The notes under the pieces were generated by a model. The model saw nothing but the letters and a program-made list of their open reading frames with translations. It was not told where the DNA came from and did no database searches. Shown here in pieces: positions 39,688 through 54,581 of a stretch of DNA of 64,000 nt; positions within the stretch are counted from its first letter, which is position 1, and each line of letters begins with the position of its first letter. The translations under genes were made by a program, and so were the position numbers. Source of the DNA: Octopus bimaculoides (lineage: Eukaryota); contig NC_068988.1 in NCBI RefSeq assembly GCF_001194135.2, positions 93,492,614 to 93,556,613 on the forward strand, read 5' to 3'.

Positions 39688-41631
39688 CGAGGGAGAATTA
39701 AGTAGGAGAGACACAGAGAGATAGAAAGAGATAGAGGGAGAATATGTGCATGTTATCAAAGTGCGTGTGTTGTGTTGGAGACATTAGGGAAATCTGGAGT
39801 TAGATTTTCAAAGAGTGAAAGAATTGAGGGAAATATACAAATATATATATATATANNNNNNNNNNNNNNNNNNNNNNNNNNNNNNNNNNNNNNNNNNNNN
39901 NNNNNNNNNNNNNNNNNNNNNNNNNNNNNNNNNNNNNNNNNNNNNNNNNNNNNNNNNNNNNNNNNNNNNNNNNNNNNNNNNNNNNNNNNNNNNNNNNNNN
40001 NNNNNNNNNNNNNNNNNNNNNNNNNNNNNNNNNNNNNNNNNNNNNNNNNNNNNNNNNNNNNNNNNNNNNNNNNNNNNNNNNNNNNNNNNNNNNNNNNNNN
40101 NNNNNNNNNNNNNNNNNNNNNNNNNNNNNNNNNNNNNNNNNNNNNNNNNNNNNNNNNNNNNNNNNNNNNNNNNNNNNNNNNNNNNNNNNNNNNNNNNNNN
40201 NNNNNNNNNNNNNNNNNNNNNNCCCCACACACACACGCACACACACACATATATATAGATAGATACATACATACATAATCATAGACAGATGCGTCATCCA
40301 TGCATACACACACACACACACATATACATATATAAATATATGTATAAATATATATGGAGAGAGAGAGAGAGAGAGAGAGGGGGGAGAGTGAGAGAAAGAG
40401 GTAGATCTATAGATAGATTGATAAACAGACAGAGAGAAAATAAAACGAAAATTGTGAGTCAATCACTGCAAGGAAGAGTTGAGGAAAATAAAAATAAGAA
40501 AATCTGAAGCCAGATGAAAAGGAACGCAATAATGGAGAAAAAATAAACTGACAGAAAGAAAAACCCCAAAGCCCATAGTTTTTTCGTGGATTCTAGACAA
40601 GTATGTATGTGTGTATGTGTTTGAATATATTTTTATGTGTGTAGTTATGTATACGTGCATTTGTGTACGTATGTGTGCATTTATGCATGTATATATACAC
40701 ATAATGCATATATATACATATATACACATATATATTCGAATCTATGTTTATGTGTCAAAATATGTGTGAATGTTCAACACAAACGCATGTGTACATAGAA
40801 AAAAAAAATGTACATACATAATATTTGAACAAGATTTTAACTTATCTTCGTTAAAAATGCCATCCGTTTCGCATAACGGTGGGCGGCCGCGGGATGTTGA
40901 CAACTGACATTTTACACGTAACCTTCCGACTGTGTGAGATCGATACGCAGGAGTGCACGTGTTTCAGATACTGGAGGCCCCACCCTTTGCCTCGGGTTAC
41001 AGTTGCTGATTGCTATCAGCAAAGAAACAGGTGTTACGCCCACGGAGTTGGAGTAAATATTGTGAATGAGAAAAATAGCGTTGCGTGTACGTATGTATTT
41101 ATGGTTGTATGCATGTGTATGTATGTATGCGTGTGTACATGCATGTATGTATGTTTGTATGTATATATGCATGTATGTATGTATGTATATGTATATGATG
41201 TGAGTGTATGTTTGTATCTATATAAGTACGTATATATGTATTTATGTGTATATGTTTTGTACGTGTTTTATGTATGTGTGTATGCAAGCAAGTATGTGTG
41301 ATTGTGTGTATGTATGTGTGTATGAATGTACGCACGTATGTATGCATGTATGTATGTGCGTATGTATGTGCAGATCAAATCTTATATATACGACAATTGT
41401 TTGTTTTGGGGGGTGTGCACGTGTAGTCACAATTTTATTAGTGTCACCATGCGAGAGAAAACGAAAATCCATACACATTTTGAAGGTGTTACTCTTTTAT
41501 TCGAATGTGGACATTCATCCAGTCGATACTCATTGTCAACAAAACTGCAATAGCGTCAATGCATGTATTGAGTCCTTCATTCAATGAGTGTTTTCGGTTT
41601 TTATCTATTTAGAAGCATTTACATGCATAGA

Positions 41632-41672
<41 letters not shown>

Positions 41673-42726
41673 TGCATAGGTGTATACACACAAACACGTT
41701 ATAATAATCCGTTAGGAACGTGGTAGAGGACAGTATAATGCTCGTCCACCTCAGAATTAGCCAGTACTATCCGGGAGTATTATTATATACGTCCTCACCT
41801 GAGGAAACACAACTAGATCTCATTATGCAAACAAACAGTTGCAAAATCAAATACCTGTATTTTTGGAGGACTACGGTGTGTCGAAACAATTGTAGCGAAT
41901 AATAAATAAATGTCCAATCGTACTCCTTCTTGACTCCAATTTCTGAAGGAATATATAAAATATCCTGGAAACAGCTGTAAGACCTTTTCTTTATAAATGT
42001 TCTGAAAACTATTTACAGCCTTGGATTTTCTTTTATCTCATTCTATCAATTTATATATATGCATGCTAATACATGACCCACGTTGGACTCCTCTTTCGCC
42101 ACAACTTTCTCTCACTCTTTCCTCTTCCATCTAGCAGCTCACCTATGACGGACCGGCGCCCTGTCCAGGTGGGAAACCTATACGCCAATGAAACTGGGAA
42201 ACCGGCTCTTATGAGCCAGGCATGGCTCGAGAAATAATAAACAACAACAGGTTCCCTGGCTACTGGAGGTAATGTCAAACAATTCTCGTGATGGTGACGG
42301 GTATTGAACAAGAAACACGTATCCAATACTGTCCTCGTTATCTTTACGCCGTTAGTTTGTCCTTTTCATTGAGGGCATGTCAACTTTGAAGAAAATTCTT
42401 GATTTTCGATATCATCTCTCCCGCTCATCTGGAGCCATGACACGTCCGCCAGAGACGAAGATAATTTTATAAAACGAATCATTTGTTGTATATATTTGTG
42501 TGTGTGTGTTTAAAAAGAAGTTTTTATAAAACTTTCTTGATACAGTCACAATATTTAAAGAAAGATATTCTTACAATAATTATCATTGACTGTTTAAATA
42601 AAAATCTTGTAAAAACAGAATGACACGAACTTTTTGGAAGGGGAAGCTTTCAGGTTCGTGTCACTTACTTATTTTCAAATACTTTTATGATTAATAATTT
42701 TTATTTAAATTCTTTTTTGTTCGACG

Positions 42727-42785
<59 letters not shown>

Positions 42786-43795
42786 CAAGGCGGTGCCCCA
42801 GCATGGCCGCTGTCAAATGACTGAAGCAAGTAAAAGATAAAAGATATATTTCCTTAACGATAATGATTTCATCAGTTACAACAACATTTCCTTGCTGCAA
42901 AGACGCGCCAAAGAAAAAGAAGAGTAAAGAAGATGATTAAATTTCATGTGTGACACTATGAAGTCATGTGCAATGATGAATCCGAATAGAAGTTGTCTAA
43001 ACAGTTGGTGCATGTGTAGCTAGGGAAATATGAAAAATCACAAAAAAAAAAAGACTCCACCGTGTTGCTTATGCATTTGTGTGTGTATGTGTGTAGGTGT
43101 GTATTAGTCCATCTTTGTTTTTGACTCCACCACCTTCGCTTGATAAACAATGTTGGTTTGTTTACGTCACCGCAACTTAGCTTTTCGGTATTACAGCCCC
43201 ATAGGCTAACACAAAACAATTACAAGGCTTTATTATAGGTAATAAGGTCGATTTCTTCGATTAAATACTTCAATGTAGTGCCCCAGCATGGCCAAAGCCC
43301 ATAGACTGAAACAAGTAAAAGATTATATATGCCTTAACTTCTTTTAATTTTTTTATTTTATATACATATATTTTCACTTTTTCCTTTTTTAATTGTGTGT
43401 GTACGTGTGTGAGTATATCTATATGCATGTACGTGAGTGTAAGACTGTGACCGGTGCATAAGTGCGACTTTCATGCACACGTCCCATTCATTTAATCGGA
43501 TATGCATGTTTGTATATGTGCGGGTGTAGGTGTGTCATAGGAAGATGTATATGTATATGAATATATATATATATATATANNNNNNNNNNNNNNNNNNNNN
43601 NNNNNNNNNNNNNNNNNNNNNNNNNNNNNNNNNNNNNNNNNNNNNNNNNNNNNNNNNNNNNNNNNNNNNNNNNNNNNNNNNNNNNNNNNNNNNNNNNNNN
43701 NNNNNNNNNNNNNNNNNNNNNNNNNNNNNNNNNNNNNNNNNNNNNNNNNNNNNNNNNNNNNNNNNNNNNNNNNNNNNNNNNNNNNNNNNNNNNNN

Positions 43796-43828
<33 letters not shown>

Positions 43829-44456
43829 CCTGATTGCTGCCATAGTAACGAAGCCAAATCAGGCAGAGTAAAGCCGCTAGGCAAAGATTGACCATGAACT
43901 CTGCTGTGCACGCGCACTAAGTTTTAATGTTCTAGCTCACTTCCGCTGTTTACAGTGCTTGGAAGGAAGATGTGTAGCGTGTGATCGTCGCATTGACCAC
44001 GACGAAGTTTAGTAGAGAATCTGCATCAAAATTTGCCAAAAGCTTGGCGATATCTGTTCAGAGACCTATGCAAAGTTTCCAAAAAATTTTCATCGTTCTT
44101 GACACAACCAAAATCTTGTGCAACTGAAACCCGAATGTCTTTTTGGTTAGCTGAAAGCACTTTGGGCACTGCTGGAAACAGCGTAAGTGCGCCAGAACGT
44201 TAAAACTTAGCTTTACTCTGCGTGCTTTAGCTTCGTTACAATGGCAACAGTCTAGACATTTCTTGATCAGACTCGTATATGTATGTGTATATGTATGTAT
44301 GTATGCATGTCTGTGTGTGTTGTGTTGTTTGTGTAAAATGCGTATATATGATTATGTATAGTTATATAGATGTCTATATACATCTATAGAGTAGCGTGCG
44401 TAGACGTATATACTACATTCTTCTTTTCTCCCTCTTTTTCCTTCCCTATATATATA

Positions 44457-44505
<49 letters not shown>

Positions 44506-45434
44506 CGTACACACATCCGCGCGCACGCATAAACACAGACATATTTCTACACACATTACATATATATAACATAGAACATATGTATGCAAATGTATTTATA
44601 AGGCCATTATTGTGTATACACGTGTGTGTGTGTATATGTGTGTGTATACCATATATATGTGCGTGTATACCGTATGTATGTGTGTGTGTGTACGTGTGCG
44701 CCCTCGTAAATGTCTGTGTTTGTCTGTAAATGTTCTCCAAACATGCTGAGTGACCCCGAAAACAAGGCTGCGCCTTGTAGAAGATTAAACTTGAGGGACA
44801 AATCCAAACCAGACACAATTACTAGATATTTAGACTCGCCAGACCATAATAGACATAGAAATAGTATACAGCAGCGACATCTTGCTGTGTAAATACACAA
44901 ACAGAACAAGTAAATAAACTTAGGAATACACATGAAGCACGTGTAGAAAATGGTCGGCAGTAACGAGCGAAGAAGAACAAACATGATCCTCTTGGTGGTC
45001 ACTTGAACTCCTAGAAATAGCAGCAAAATCTCATATGTATTGTTAATCGTCTAAAATCGTGGGATTATGAGATGATCATGGCTCAAGTATTTTCGGTCAA
45101 AATCTGCTCGAGGAAAGCCCTTCTGTGGCTAACAAGCACGCGCGCGCGCGTTCTTAATCCCTCCCCCTCTCTCTCTCTCTCTCATACACACATACAAGTT
45201 CTCTCTTTCTCTCTATCTCTCTCGCACACAATACACACACGCACACTCTCTGACACACACCCGCTCTCTCTCCCACACACAATACACACACGCACTCTCT
45301 CTCGTACACACATACTCTCTCTCATGCACACACACTCTATCTCGTACACACACACACACACACTCTCTCTCGTACACACACACAGTCTCTCTCTCACACG
45401 CACACAATACACGCACACGCTCTCTCTCTCTCTT

Positions 45435-45522
<88 letters not shown>

Positions 45523-45640
45523 GCACGCATACATATATGCATTCGTTTATCGTTTAACTTTTAGTTCGTTCAAGCCTTGAAGTGCTTTAATCAAACAAAT
45601 CGACACAATTGCCTATAATTCTGTTAAGTCTTTTACTTTT

Positions 45641-45950
45641 CTATTGGTCTCTATTGGTTGTCACGTGGTATTGGATGGATGGGTGGGGGAAAACACGAAG
45701 ACAAAGACACATATAGACATATACATATGTATATTTGTATACAAGTATATGAGTGTGTGCATATCTATGTGTGCCACGTGACCAGCTTTCTTTTCCGTCT
45801 CTACTCTTTACTGTTTTCTTCCTCCATGCTTCTCTAATTCCGTTTTTCTCTTCGTTCACCATTTTCTATCTGCCTCTCTTTCGCTTTTTCTCTCTCTCCC
45901 GTTGCTTACACGTGACCATCGTCTATCTTTCCTTTCCTCACGTGACCATT
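45641..45950. promoter_or_regulatory. Candidate promoter/enhancer: four GTCACGTG (CACGTGAC) E-boxes and three ATTGG (CCAAT) boxes
   Basis: CACGTG at 45662, 45775, 45909 and 45939, each extended to GTCACGTG/CACGTGAC. ATTGG three times within 45643-45674. Confidence 0.45.
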
Positions 45951-48900
45951 TTTCTTCTCCTGCGCGGACGTTCAAAGAACCAGACGTTTTCTTTCTCTTT
46001 TCTATTCCCTTTTCAAAGAGAATATTTCACCCAGCGTTCACTATTTTCTTCTCGTTCTGGTCTAACGACCTCCATGTTTGTTTTCGTTCGGTTTTCATGC
46101 ATGTCTCCACTGTCCTGTTTTTGTTCCCAACTTTGACTCTCCATAAATCCCAAATATTATTTTGGAATGTATGAGAGCAACTGTCTTTGAAGATTCATAT
46201 TGTCATTGAATGCTCGAAATGAGGAGTAGATAGACAGCCAATAACTGATGAAGGGTCGTTCTCTGTGTTTACTTGTTCTGTGTTCCATTTTTTCTCTCGT
46301 TGTTTGTGTATTTATCACATTTGTTTTTGTATTTCATGTTTTTTACACAGTTGGTGACGTCCTGTACCCATATATGCACATATATATAATTTATATTATT
46401 ATTTAATTGAACGCCACGCATCCATTTCCAAGTGCAAAATCAAGAAAAAATTCAAAGATGTCCGCAAAATGCTTAGCGGTTCAGCAAAAGAGCCCGATAG
46501 AGTAAATACCAAACTTAAAAAAAGACATAAACATTGGAATCGAATTATCACGGCAGTACCCCAGCATGGCCGCAAACCAATGACTGAAACAAGAGAGCCA
46601 AGTATTGGTCTCCTTATCTTTTTTATTTTCTTTATTTTTGGCCGTTAAAGATTCTTATATCGTTAAAGATTTTTCACCAAATTTTCTCCAGAAAGGATAT
46701 ATTTTCCTATCACTGGGGATAGAAGATAGTAAACATTGACAAGTTCTTCATTCCTAAGAGAACTTTTGACAACTGCCAAAATGTTAGCATGATTCGTCTC
46801 GACTAGTATTGTCTCGGCTAACCTGACTTTACCGACATTTCAGACATCACAATGTCAAGAATAAAATAATAAATAAATACACAAAGAAAAAAGAAAAAAG
46901 AAAGAGAAAGACGAGGAGGAGGAATGAGAGGAGGCGGAAAACACCGACTTTTCTTGGGAAAGAATGATTTTAATAAAAGTTACAATTCATCAACAGTTGT
47001 CAACAGGTTTTATAATATTTTCGGTCGCATGTCTCTTGGATTACCTCTCTCTCTACACGTTATGTCTTCTCTCTCACTCCTTCACTCACTATTTGCAGCT
47101 TCCTCCTCCTTTTCTCCTTCCTCCCACCCTCCCTCACTTTGCTTTACTACGAATCCCCTTCCCTATCTGTCGGCTGACTTGCCCTGTGGAAGAACTATGG
47201 CTATCAGCCGTATCTTTAATGTTGTCGGTTCTAGCAACAGTTGCAGACGATAGTTCCCCAGATGTATATATGTGTTTTAGTATTGCCAACACTCTTCCCT
47301 CGGATAACACTGCTTGATTTTCATCTGACACTGTTATATTCCAGCACTGCCAGGAATGTTGGCATTCGTTGAATGCAGACGTCGCACTTCAACGATGAAA
47401 ACGCTGAGATATGGCGTTGATTTTTTTCCATTGCTTCCTATCTTTTCTTTCTCATCTCAAATCTAATCGCTGCCATCAAAATCCTCAATTCACATCAGCC
47501 CTGAAAAACGCAAACATTACATACATACATGTATATGTGTGTGTGTGTGTGTGTATGTGTGTGTGTGTGTGTATGTATATGTACGTATGTATGTGTATGA
47601 GTATGATTATTCGTGAGCCCTAGGACTTACCAGACCAGTTACTCGGCTTCCATGGATTAAATGACATTACAACATTCCTCTTTGAACGGGACAACAGTCC
47701 GTTGTAGAAATCAAGGCCAGAAACTTTGAGGGGACAGGGAAAGTTGATTACNNNNNNNNNNNNNNNNNNNNNNNNNNNNNNNNNNNNNNNNNNNNNNNNN
47801 NNNNNNNNNNNNNNNNNNNNNNNNNNNNNNNNNNNNNNNNNNNNNNNNNNNNNNNNNNNNNNNNNNNNNNNNNNNNNNNNNNNNNNNNNNNNNNNNNNNN
47901 NNNNNNNNNNNNNNNNNNNNNNNNNNNNNNNNNNNNNNNNNNNNNNNNNNNNNNNNNNNNNNNNNNNNNNNNNNNNNNNNNNNNNNNNNNNNNNNNNNNN
48001 NNNNNNNNNNNNNNNNNNNNNNNNNNNNNNNNNNNNNNNNNNNNNNNNNNNNNNNNNNNNNNNNNNNNNNNNNNNNNNNNNNNNNNNNNNNNNNNNNNNN
48101 NNNNNNNNNNNNNNNNNNNNNNNNNNNNNNNNNNNNNNNNNNNNNNNNNNNNNNNNNNNNNNNNNNNNNNNNNNNNNNNNNNNNNNNNNNNNNNNNNNNN
48201 NNNNNNNNNNNNNNNNNNNNNNNNNNNNNNNNNNNNNNNNNNNNNNNNNNNNNNNNNNNNNNNNNNNNNNNNNNNNNNNNNNNNNNNNNNNNNNNNNNNN
48301 NNNNNNNNNNNNNNNNNNNNNNNNNNNNNNNNNNNNNNNNNNNNNNNNNNNNNNNNNNNNNNNNNNNNNNNNNNNNNNNNNNNNNNNNNNNNNNNNNNNN
48401 NNNNNNNNNNNNNNNNNNNNNNNNNNNNNNNNNNNNNNNNNNNNNNNNNNNNNNNNNNNNNNNNNNNNNNNNNNNNNNNNNNNNNNNNNNNNNNNNNNNN
48501 NNNATATCCATCCATCCATCCATCCATCCATCCATCCATCCATCCATCCATCCATACATACATACATACATACATAAACATATGTGTGTGTGAGTGATAA
48601 AACTGGTTTTCTTTTAAATTTGAGGACTTCTCCTTCCCATTTTGTTTTGTCCAACACACCCCTTATTGAAAATCACTGAAACATGCACTCACAATTGTTA
48701 ATCCGCCAATGCTGCCGATCTCCATGCCGTGCCAGCCGAAGGGATTAAACTCTTATGAAGTGAACCAACAAAACAGTTTCAACATGAATACAATATTGAA
48801 TACGAAATAAGTTGAAGCTTTGAACGAACATAAATTAACATCCATTAGAAATGTGAAAAATATATGTTTTTAATTATGTTAATTATTTTAATTATTTAGT

Positions 48901-50047
48901 CATGCTACATAATTAAGGTGGCGCCCATACCCTTGGCAGGCCCTCCCACATTGGTGGGGTCAATACGGTGACTGTTTAGTTTGAACTACTGTAAGTTGAT
49001 GCCTGCCTGAGCAGATCGGAAATTTTAGTGTGTTGCAGTTCTGGAAAAAGTTAGAAAATCTTGCAGCAGACGGATTTTGGCAGAGGTAATATGCATTAAC
49101 CTGCTAATTTAGAGGAAAAGCTGCATTTATTGCGTTCTTGGTTATCATTGTTCTCTGTATTCTATGTTCGAATCCAGCCAAGATCAACATTGTTTATCAT
49201 CCTCTTGACTTCGATAAGACAAGGTGTCAGTCCAGCGCGGCAGATTAACAGAATTGTTAATTTCACATCAGATAAGATGTGGATTTTGTTCCGGATTTTT
49301 ACGTTCTGATTTCTTGGGTGGCAGAGTTAATCCGTAGCTTAGTTTAATACCACCACCACCATCAACAATCACCCCACCACCAGTATCATCACCATCATTA
49401 CCACAAAAGCCAACATCACCACCAAAACAATACCACCGCCACCACTAACAACAATAACTGATCCGGGATGTCTTTAAGCGGTGTTAACTCTCTTGCAAAA
49501 TAAAGGCTTGTGGCCTAGTGGTTAGGGTGTTGCAATCACAATCGAAAGATCGAGGTTTCAATTCACAGAGCGGGCGGCACGTTGTGATCTTGAGTAAAAC
49601 CCTTCATTTCCCGTTGTTCCAGTTTACTCAGCTGTGAATGAGTAGACCCTGCAATGGGTTGGTGTCTCATTCAGTGAGATGCTGTGATCTCAGTCACTTG
49701 TACACCACTGAAACTGGAGAATCGGCCCCTTGAGTCCTAAAACTCACGACAATAGTGTCGAGTTGTTGTAGTTGTTGTTGTTGTTGATGACGACGACGAC
49801 GATGATGATGATGAGGATGATGATGACGATGGTGACGATGTCTCTTTGCAAGCATCCAGACATATCTCTTGTTTGAATATAACTTCCTTATTTCCCCTTA
49901 CTTCTTTCGTAGATCCTGAAAACACAAAAGGGCCCTGGATGCTGCTTTTCACCCCCGAAAAAAAAAAAATTAAAAGTGGGGCGCAGGAACTACGTGTTAG
50001 ACTCATGACCCAGAGGCTAGATCAAAATTACACTCTGCTAATTAGAG

Positions 50048-50112
<65 letters not shown>

Positions 50113-50814
50113 AAGCTAAAGGAATAGTGTCAGAATATTAAATATTTATTTTTCGTCTTTTGTGCTTTTCTTTCAAATCCACCAAAAACTCAAGCTGCTG
50201 CTTTTTTTCTTTTTTGTTATTATTATATTTTAGATCTCACTCCCACGTAGTCAATCCATTCCATACCTGTAATATCTCATGCTATTTTAATCCTTAATGT
50301 CTCGACCTCAGGAGAAATTGTTATTATTTGCATTATTTTGGCATAAATAAATATAAAGTCTATATCAACATCAAAATTAAATTAAGTGAATCAAAGCGTT
50401 TATAATTGTAATTAAATAATGTCATTTTATGACCGTAAGGGTGAACAAAATGAACCAAAAACATAGAAAAGAGTTTTTAATCAAAATATTTCGGCATTCG
50501 TCGTGTTCAGAGCTAAGGAGGGTGGAGGGATAGCTCTTAATTACGCAATGTCTTGCACACTCTTAATACGTTCAGGCAAATTCGAACGTGAATATACTAA
50601 TCGCTGGTGTGATTCATCACAGAAGAATACCTTCAAGACGAATGTTTGATCATTTCATACTAGATTCATTACAATAAAGGGACTCCAGAACACCCGGTGT
50701 TTCAACATCATTGTGTCTTGTCAGCCAAAGGTACCTCAGGTTAAAAAAATCTATGTGTTAGAAGTTCTTGTCTATAACTTCAGCAAACAGTTTAATTGCT
50801 GATGCATGCTGATA

Positions 50815-51032
50815 TCTCGAAACGGCCGATAAATCCAGCTCTATATTTAAGAGATGAGGAATTAGGTACATTATTTACATTATTTACATTTGACGGATAT
50901 TTGTACTCATCTTGTTTGTTGTTAACACGTTTCGGCTGATATACCCTCCAGCCTTTATCAGGTGTCTTGGGGAAATTTCGAACCTGGGTTCTCATTCCTA
51001 AGGTATTTTCGATGTTGTTATTATTATTATTA

Positions 51033-51077
<45 letters not shown>

Positions 51078-51180
51078 TTACCACTACGCCATATGCTCAC
51101 GGACATATGGCGTACTGCTTAAGAGCGCTGGCTACTAACCCCAAGATTCCGAGTTTGATTCCAGGCAGTGACCTGAATAA
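50815..51180. mobile_element. Composite repeat: Penelope-like terminal sequence + (TAT)n + palindromic tRNA-like head
   Basis: GTTTCGGCTGAT...CCTTTATCAGG (reverse complement of the CTGATGAAG...CCGAAAC motif common at Penelope-like termini), then (TAT)n. An 11-bp hairpin at 51085-51114 leads into a tRNA-like segment with A-box-like TGGCGTACTGC and B-box-like GAGTTTGATTC. Confidence 0.5.
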
Positions 51181-53184
51181 TCTCAACACCGGTTGTCAAA
51201 CGGTGCGGAATGGACAGACACAGACACACTCGATGAGCTTCCACACAGTTTCTGTCTGCTAAATTCCCTCACAAGGCATCGGTTAGTCCGGGGTCTATTG
51301 TAGAAGAAACCTGGTCAAGGTGCCGCACAGTGGGACTGAAACCGAAACCACATGGCTGCAAAGCAAATTCCTTAAACACACATGCCGTGCCTGGGTTTGC
51401 TTTCTTTATATCTTGATTTCAAATCTTGGCACAAAGCTAGCAATTTCGGGCAGAAGATAAGACCCCGGTGTTCAAATGACACTTATTTTATCAGCCCCGA
51501 AGGGATGAAAGGCGAAGTCGACCTCGGTAGAATTTGAACTCAGAAAATAAAGACGGACGAAATACCACAAAGCATTTTCTCCGGCGTGATAACTATTCTG
51601 CCAGCTAGCCGCCTTCTGTTCTATATATATTTTTTTAAAAAATGGAAAGACAAACTGCAATTTTAATGCGACAGATATCAGTAAAACGCTGATCAACGCA
51701 ATTCAAAGATAGTAAAAATATTTTTCGAAGCCTTTTAATAGAACTAAAACCAGCTGTAAACAGCAACGAAGCCCCAACTCCTTGNNNNNNNNNNCATTAT
51801 TTTACCGTTTTCACTCCCCAAAGTTTCTTGTACGATAAAAACGAAATAAAACAAAATAAAATAAAAATAAAACAAAACTACATTTAAAATCGGAGCCCTC
51901 ACTTTATTTTCTATTGACGGTGAAGAAATTGGCTGAAGTGGATGAGTGGAGACTTCAAAGTTGTCTTCACACGTGATTTGAATTAGCTCTTATTTTGTGC
52001 TCTTCTTCCAAACTGACGAAACACCTGTTTCCAATGATACGTAAAATTTCATCCCCACCCCCCCACGCTCAACACAAATCTTACAAAGAATTGCTTTTCT
52101 CTTCCACTTCTTTCTTGGTAATCTCCGTATTTGGGAAATATCTCCTGCAAGCCCACATGTCGTTCATGCAACAGTTCCTATTTTAATTGAAATTCCATGG
52201 TTCTGTTTGTAGTGGACAGATTCAGTGTTGCTTTTCCACCGTTGGATATAAGAACCGTTGGATTCCGTTAATAAAAAAGTTATGCGTTTGTTCTCCTCGC
52301 GTTCAATAAAAAGAAAGTATAACATGTATTTCGAAACACTTACCTAATCGTCCATTAAGGAGACATTAAGAAGAGAAGTGCTTAAGTAGAGTGTCGTGGA
52401 AGAATTAGTTGAAGAGTCAAAGAGAATCAATCGTAAAACTAATGGATTCATTCCAAATTAATTTGCTGGTCAATATTGCGTAGAGTAAGTTAGTGGAGAC
52501 TGTTTTAGACACGGAACATGGTAACTGATCACGGAAAATTCTTCCATGTAAGCATCGTCATCGTTGTCGTCGTCATTGCTGTTATGTCATCATCATCATC
52601 ATCATCATCATCGATAATAGCATAGTAGTTACCCAACAAAATAAGCCGACCAAGCCAATATAAATTCCTGGCGTGATATTTTTTTTCATTTATTTACCCA
52701 AACATATTTTCTTCTACCCCACCACGACCCCCACCCCCCGATTAAATCCGTTCCAAACCATCAGGTGTCTCTTTTATAAAACATTATACTCTCTTCTCTT
52801 GTTAAAGTGCCGCGCAGATGGAAGATACACGGCGCCTTTGTAACTTGTAATATTTTCTTCATAGTCTTAGGCCTTAAGTATGAATCTTATCTGCGAGACT
52901 GAATTAAATTACAATAGACTTACTTGGAAATACTTCAGATGCAGCACATGGCTTTAGAAGTAATTATTTATCATAATTATTGCTGAAAAAACTTTGAAGA
53001 ATGTTGGAGAAAGGTATTTTAATTCTTGTAAGTTATTCAAGGGAAGTATGGGCTCACACTTCATGAGGGCTCTACGCAAACGCATACATAGATACGTTCA
53101 TATATGCACACACTTATTCCTGCATACACATACGCACAAGTGGTAGGACCAATTGAGTTACATTGTTAATATTTGTATATTTCT

Positions 53185-53620
53185 AAGGCGGTGGGAGCTG
53201 GCAGAATCGTTAGCACGCCGGGTGAAATGCTTAGCGGTATTTCGTCTGCCTTTATGTTCTAAGTTCAAATTCCGCCGAGGTCGACTTTACCTTTCATCCT
53301 TTCGGGGTCGATTAAATAAGTACCAGTTACGCACTGGGGGTCGATATAATCGACTTAATCCCTTTGTCTGTCCTTGTTTGTCCCCTCTATCTTTAGTCCC
53401 TTGTGAGCAATAAAGAAATAAGAAATGTTAGCATGCCGGGCGAAATGCTTAACAGTATTTCGTCTGTCTTTACGTTCTGAGTTCAAATTCCGCTGAGGTC
53501 GACTTTGCCTTTCATCCTTTCGAGGTCGATAAATTAAGTACCAGTTGGTAACTGGGGTCGATCTAATCGACTGGCTCCCTCACCCAAAATTTCTGGCTTT
53601 GTGCCTTGAGTAGAAAAGAA
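53185..53620 (+). mobile_element. tRNA-derived SINE family A, two tandem plus-strand copies
   Basis: A-box/B-box-like head (TGGCAGAATCG...GAGTTCAAATTC) and core CCTTTCATCCTTTCGGGGTCGATAAA.TAAGTACCAG. Other plus copies at about 5353-5550, 15770-15890, 38414-38560, 63045-63170. Confidence 0.8.
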
Positions 53621-54550
53621 TATTTCTGAGTTCAAATTCAACCTCAGTGGTAATCTGAAATATTAGAAATTTCCACTACCAGTGGCCTAGCGTGTAAAAA
53701 CTTTAGTCAATAGACTTTATATTATTCATATAAATACAGTGTACATTTAAACGCATAAGAGGTATCCATCATAAGACTACCTGCACGCTAGAGAGGACAG
53801 TTAAATTCCAAACCACTATTAAGGATAAAATTTCGAAGAGAATGTAAATGTCTTTACATTTCACTCCCTTCGAAATTTTAGATAGATAGATAGATAGATG
53901 CGCGCGTGCGAGCACACACACATACGATTTTTGTTGTTGCTGAGGTTGTCATTTACTGCTCTACAAGATAAGGTCGAGGGACGATTAAACGGTAACTGTT
54001 AATTTCATCAGTCTCAACTGGCCGATCACTTTCTATACAGTATCGAGACTGTAATTAGTCAATTTAACGCCTGGAAGGCTTGCTTTATAAACAGGACGGC
54101 ATGAGATTTTTAGCCGACTAATAAATTTAATCTGAATTAGTTAGATACTTGGTTAATGCAGAAAGCTGCCAATTTCAAGTCGGCTGAGTAAACGAATGAA
54201 ATTAGAAGCCAAGTTGTTTGTAAAAGACCACAGAATCGTTGTCATATTGTGTATAAATAGAGCGACTGCCTTTGCTAAAGCGTTGGCGCCTTCGACCCGG
54301 AGAAGAATAAACATGGATTATCTCTCCATGAAAACATGTCAAAGAGGATGCAGTTTTATTTCTCTTTCACCCGTTTTAATCTCTCTCTCTCGCTCCTCTC
54401 TCTCTCTCTCTCTCTTTCTCCTTCTATCTCTTTCTCCTTCTATCTCTTTCTCTTCCCCATCTCTCTATCTATTTCACCGAGTCTCTATTTACCACAAGAT
54501 TTACGTAAGCATGTGTATATAAGTGGGCGTATGTATGTGTGTGTGTGTGC

Positions 54551-54581
<31 letters not shown>

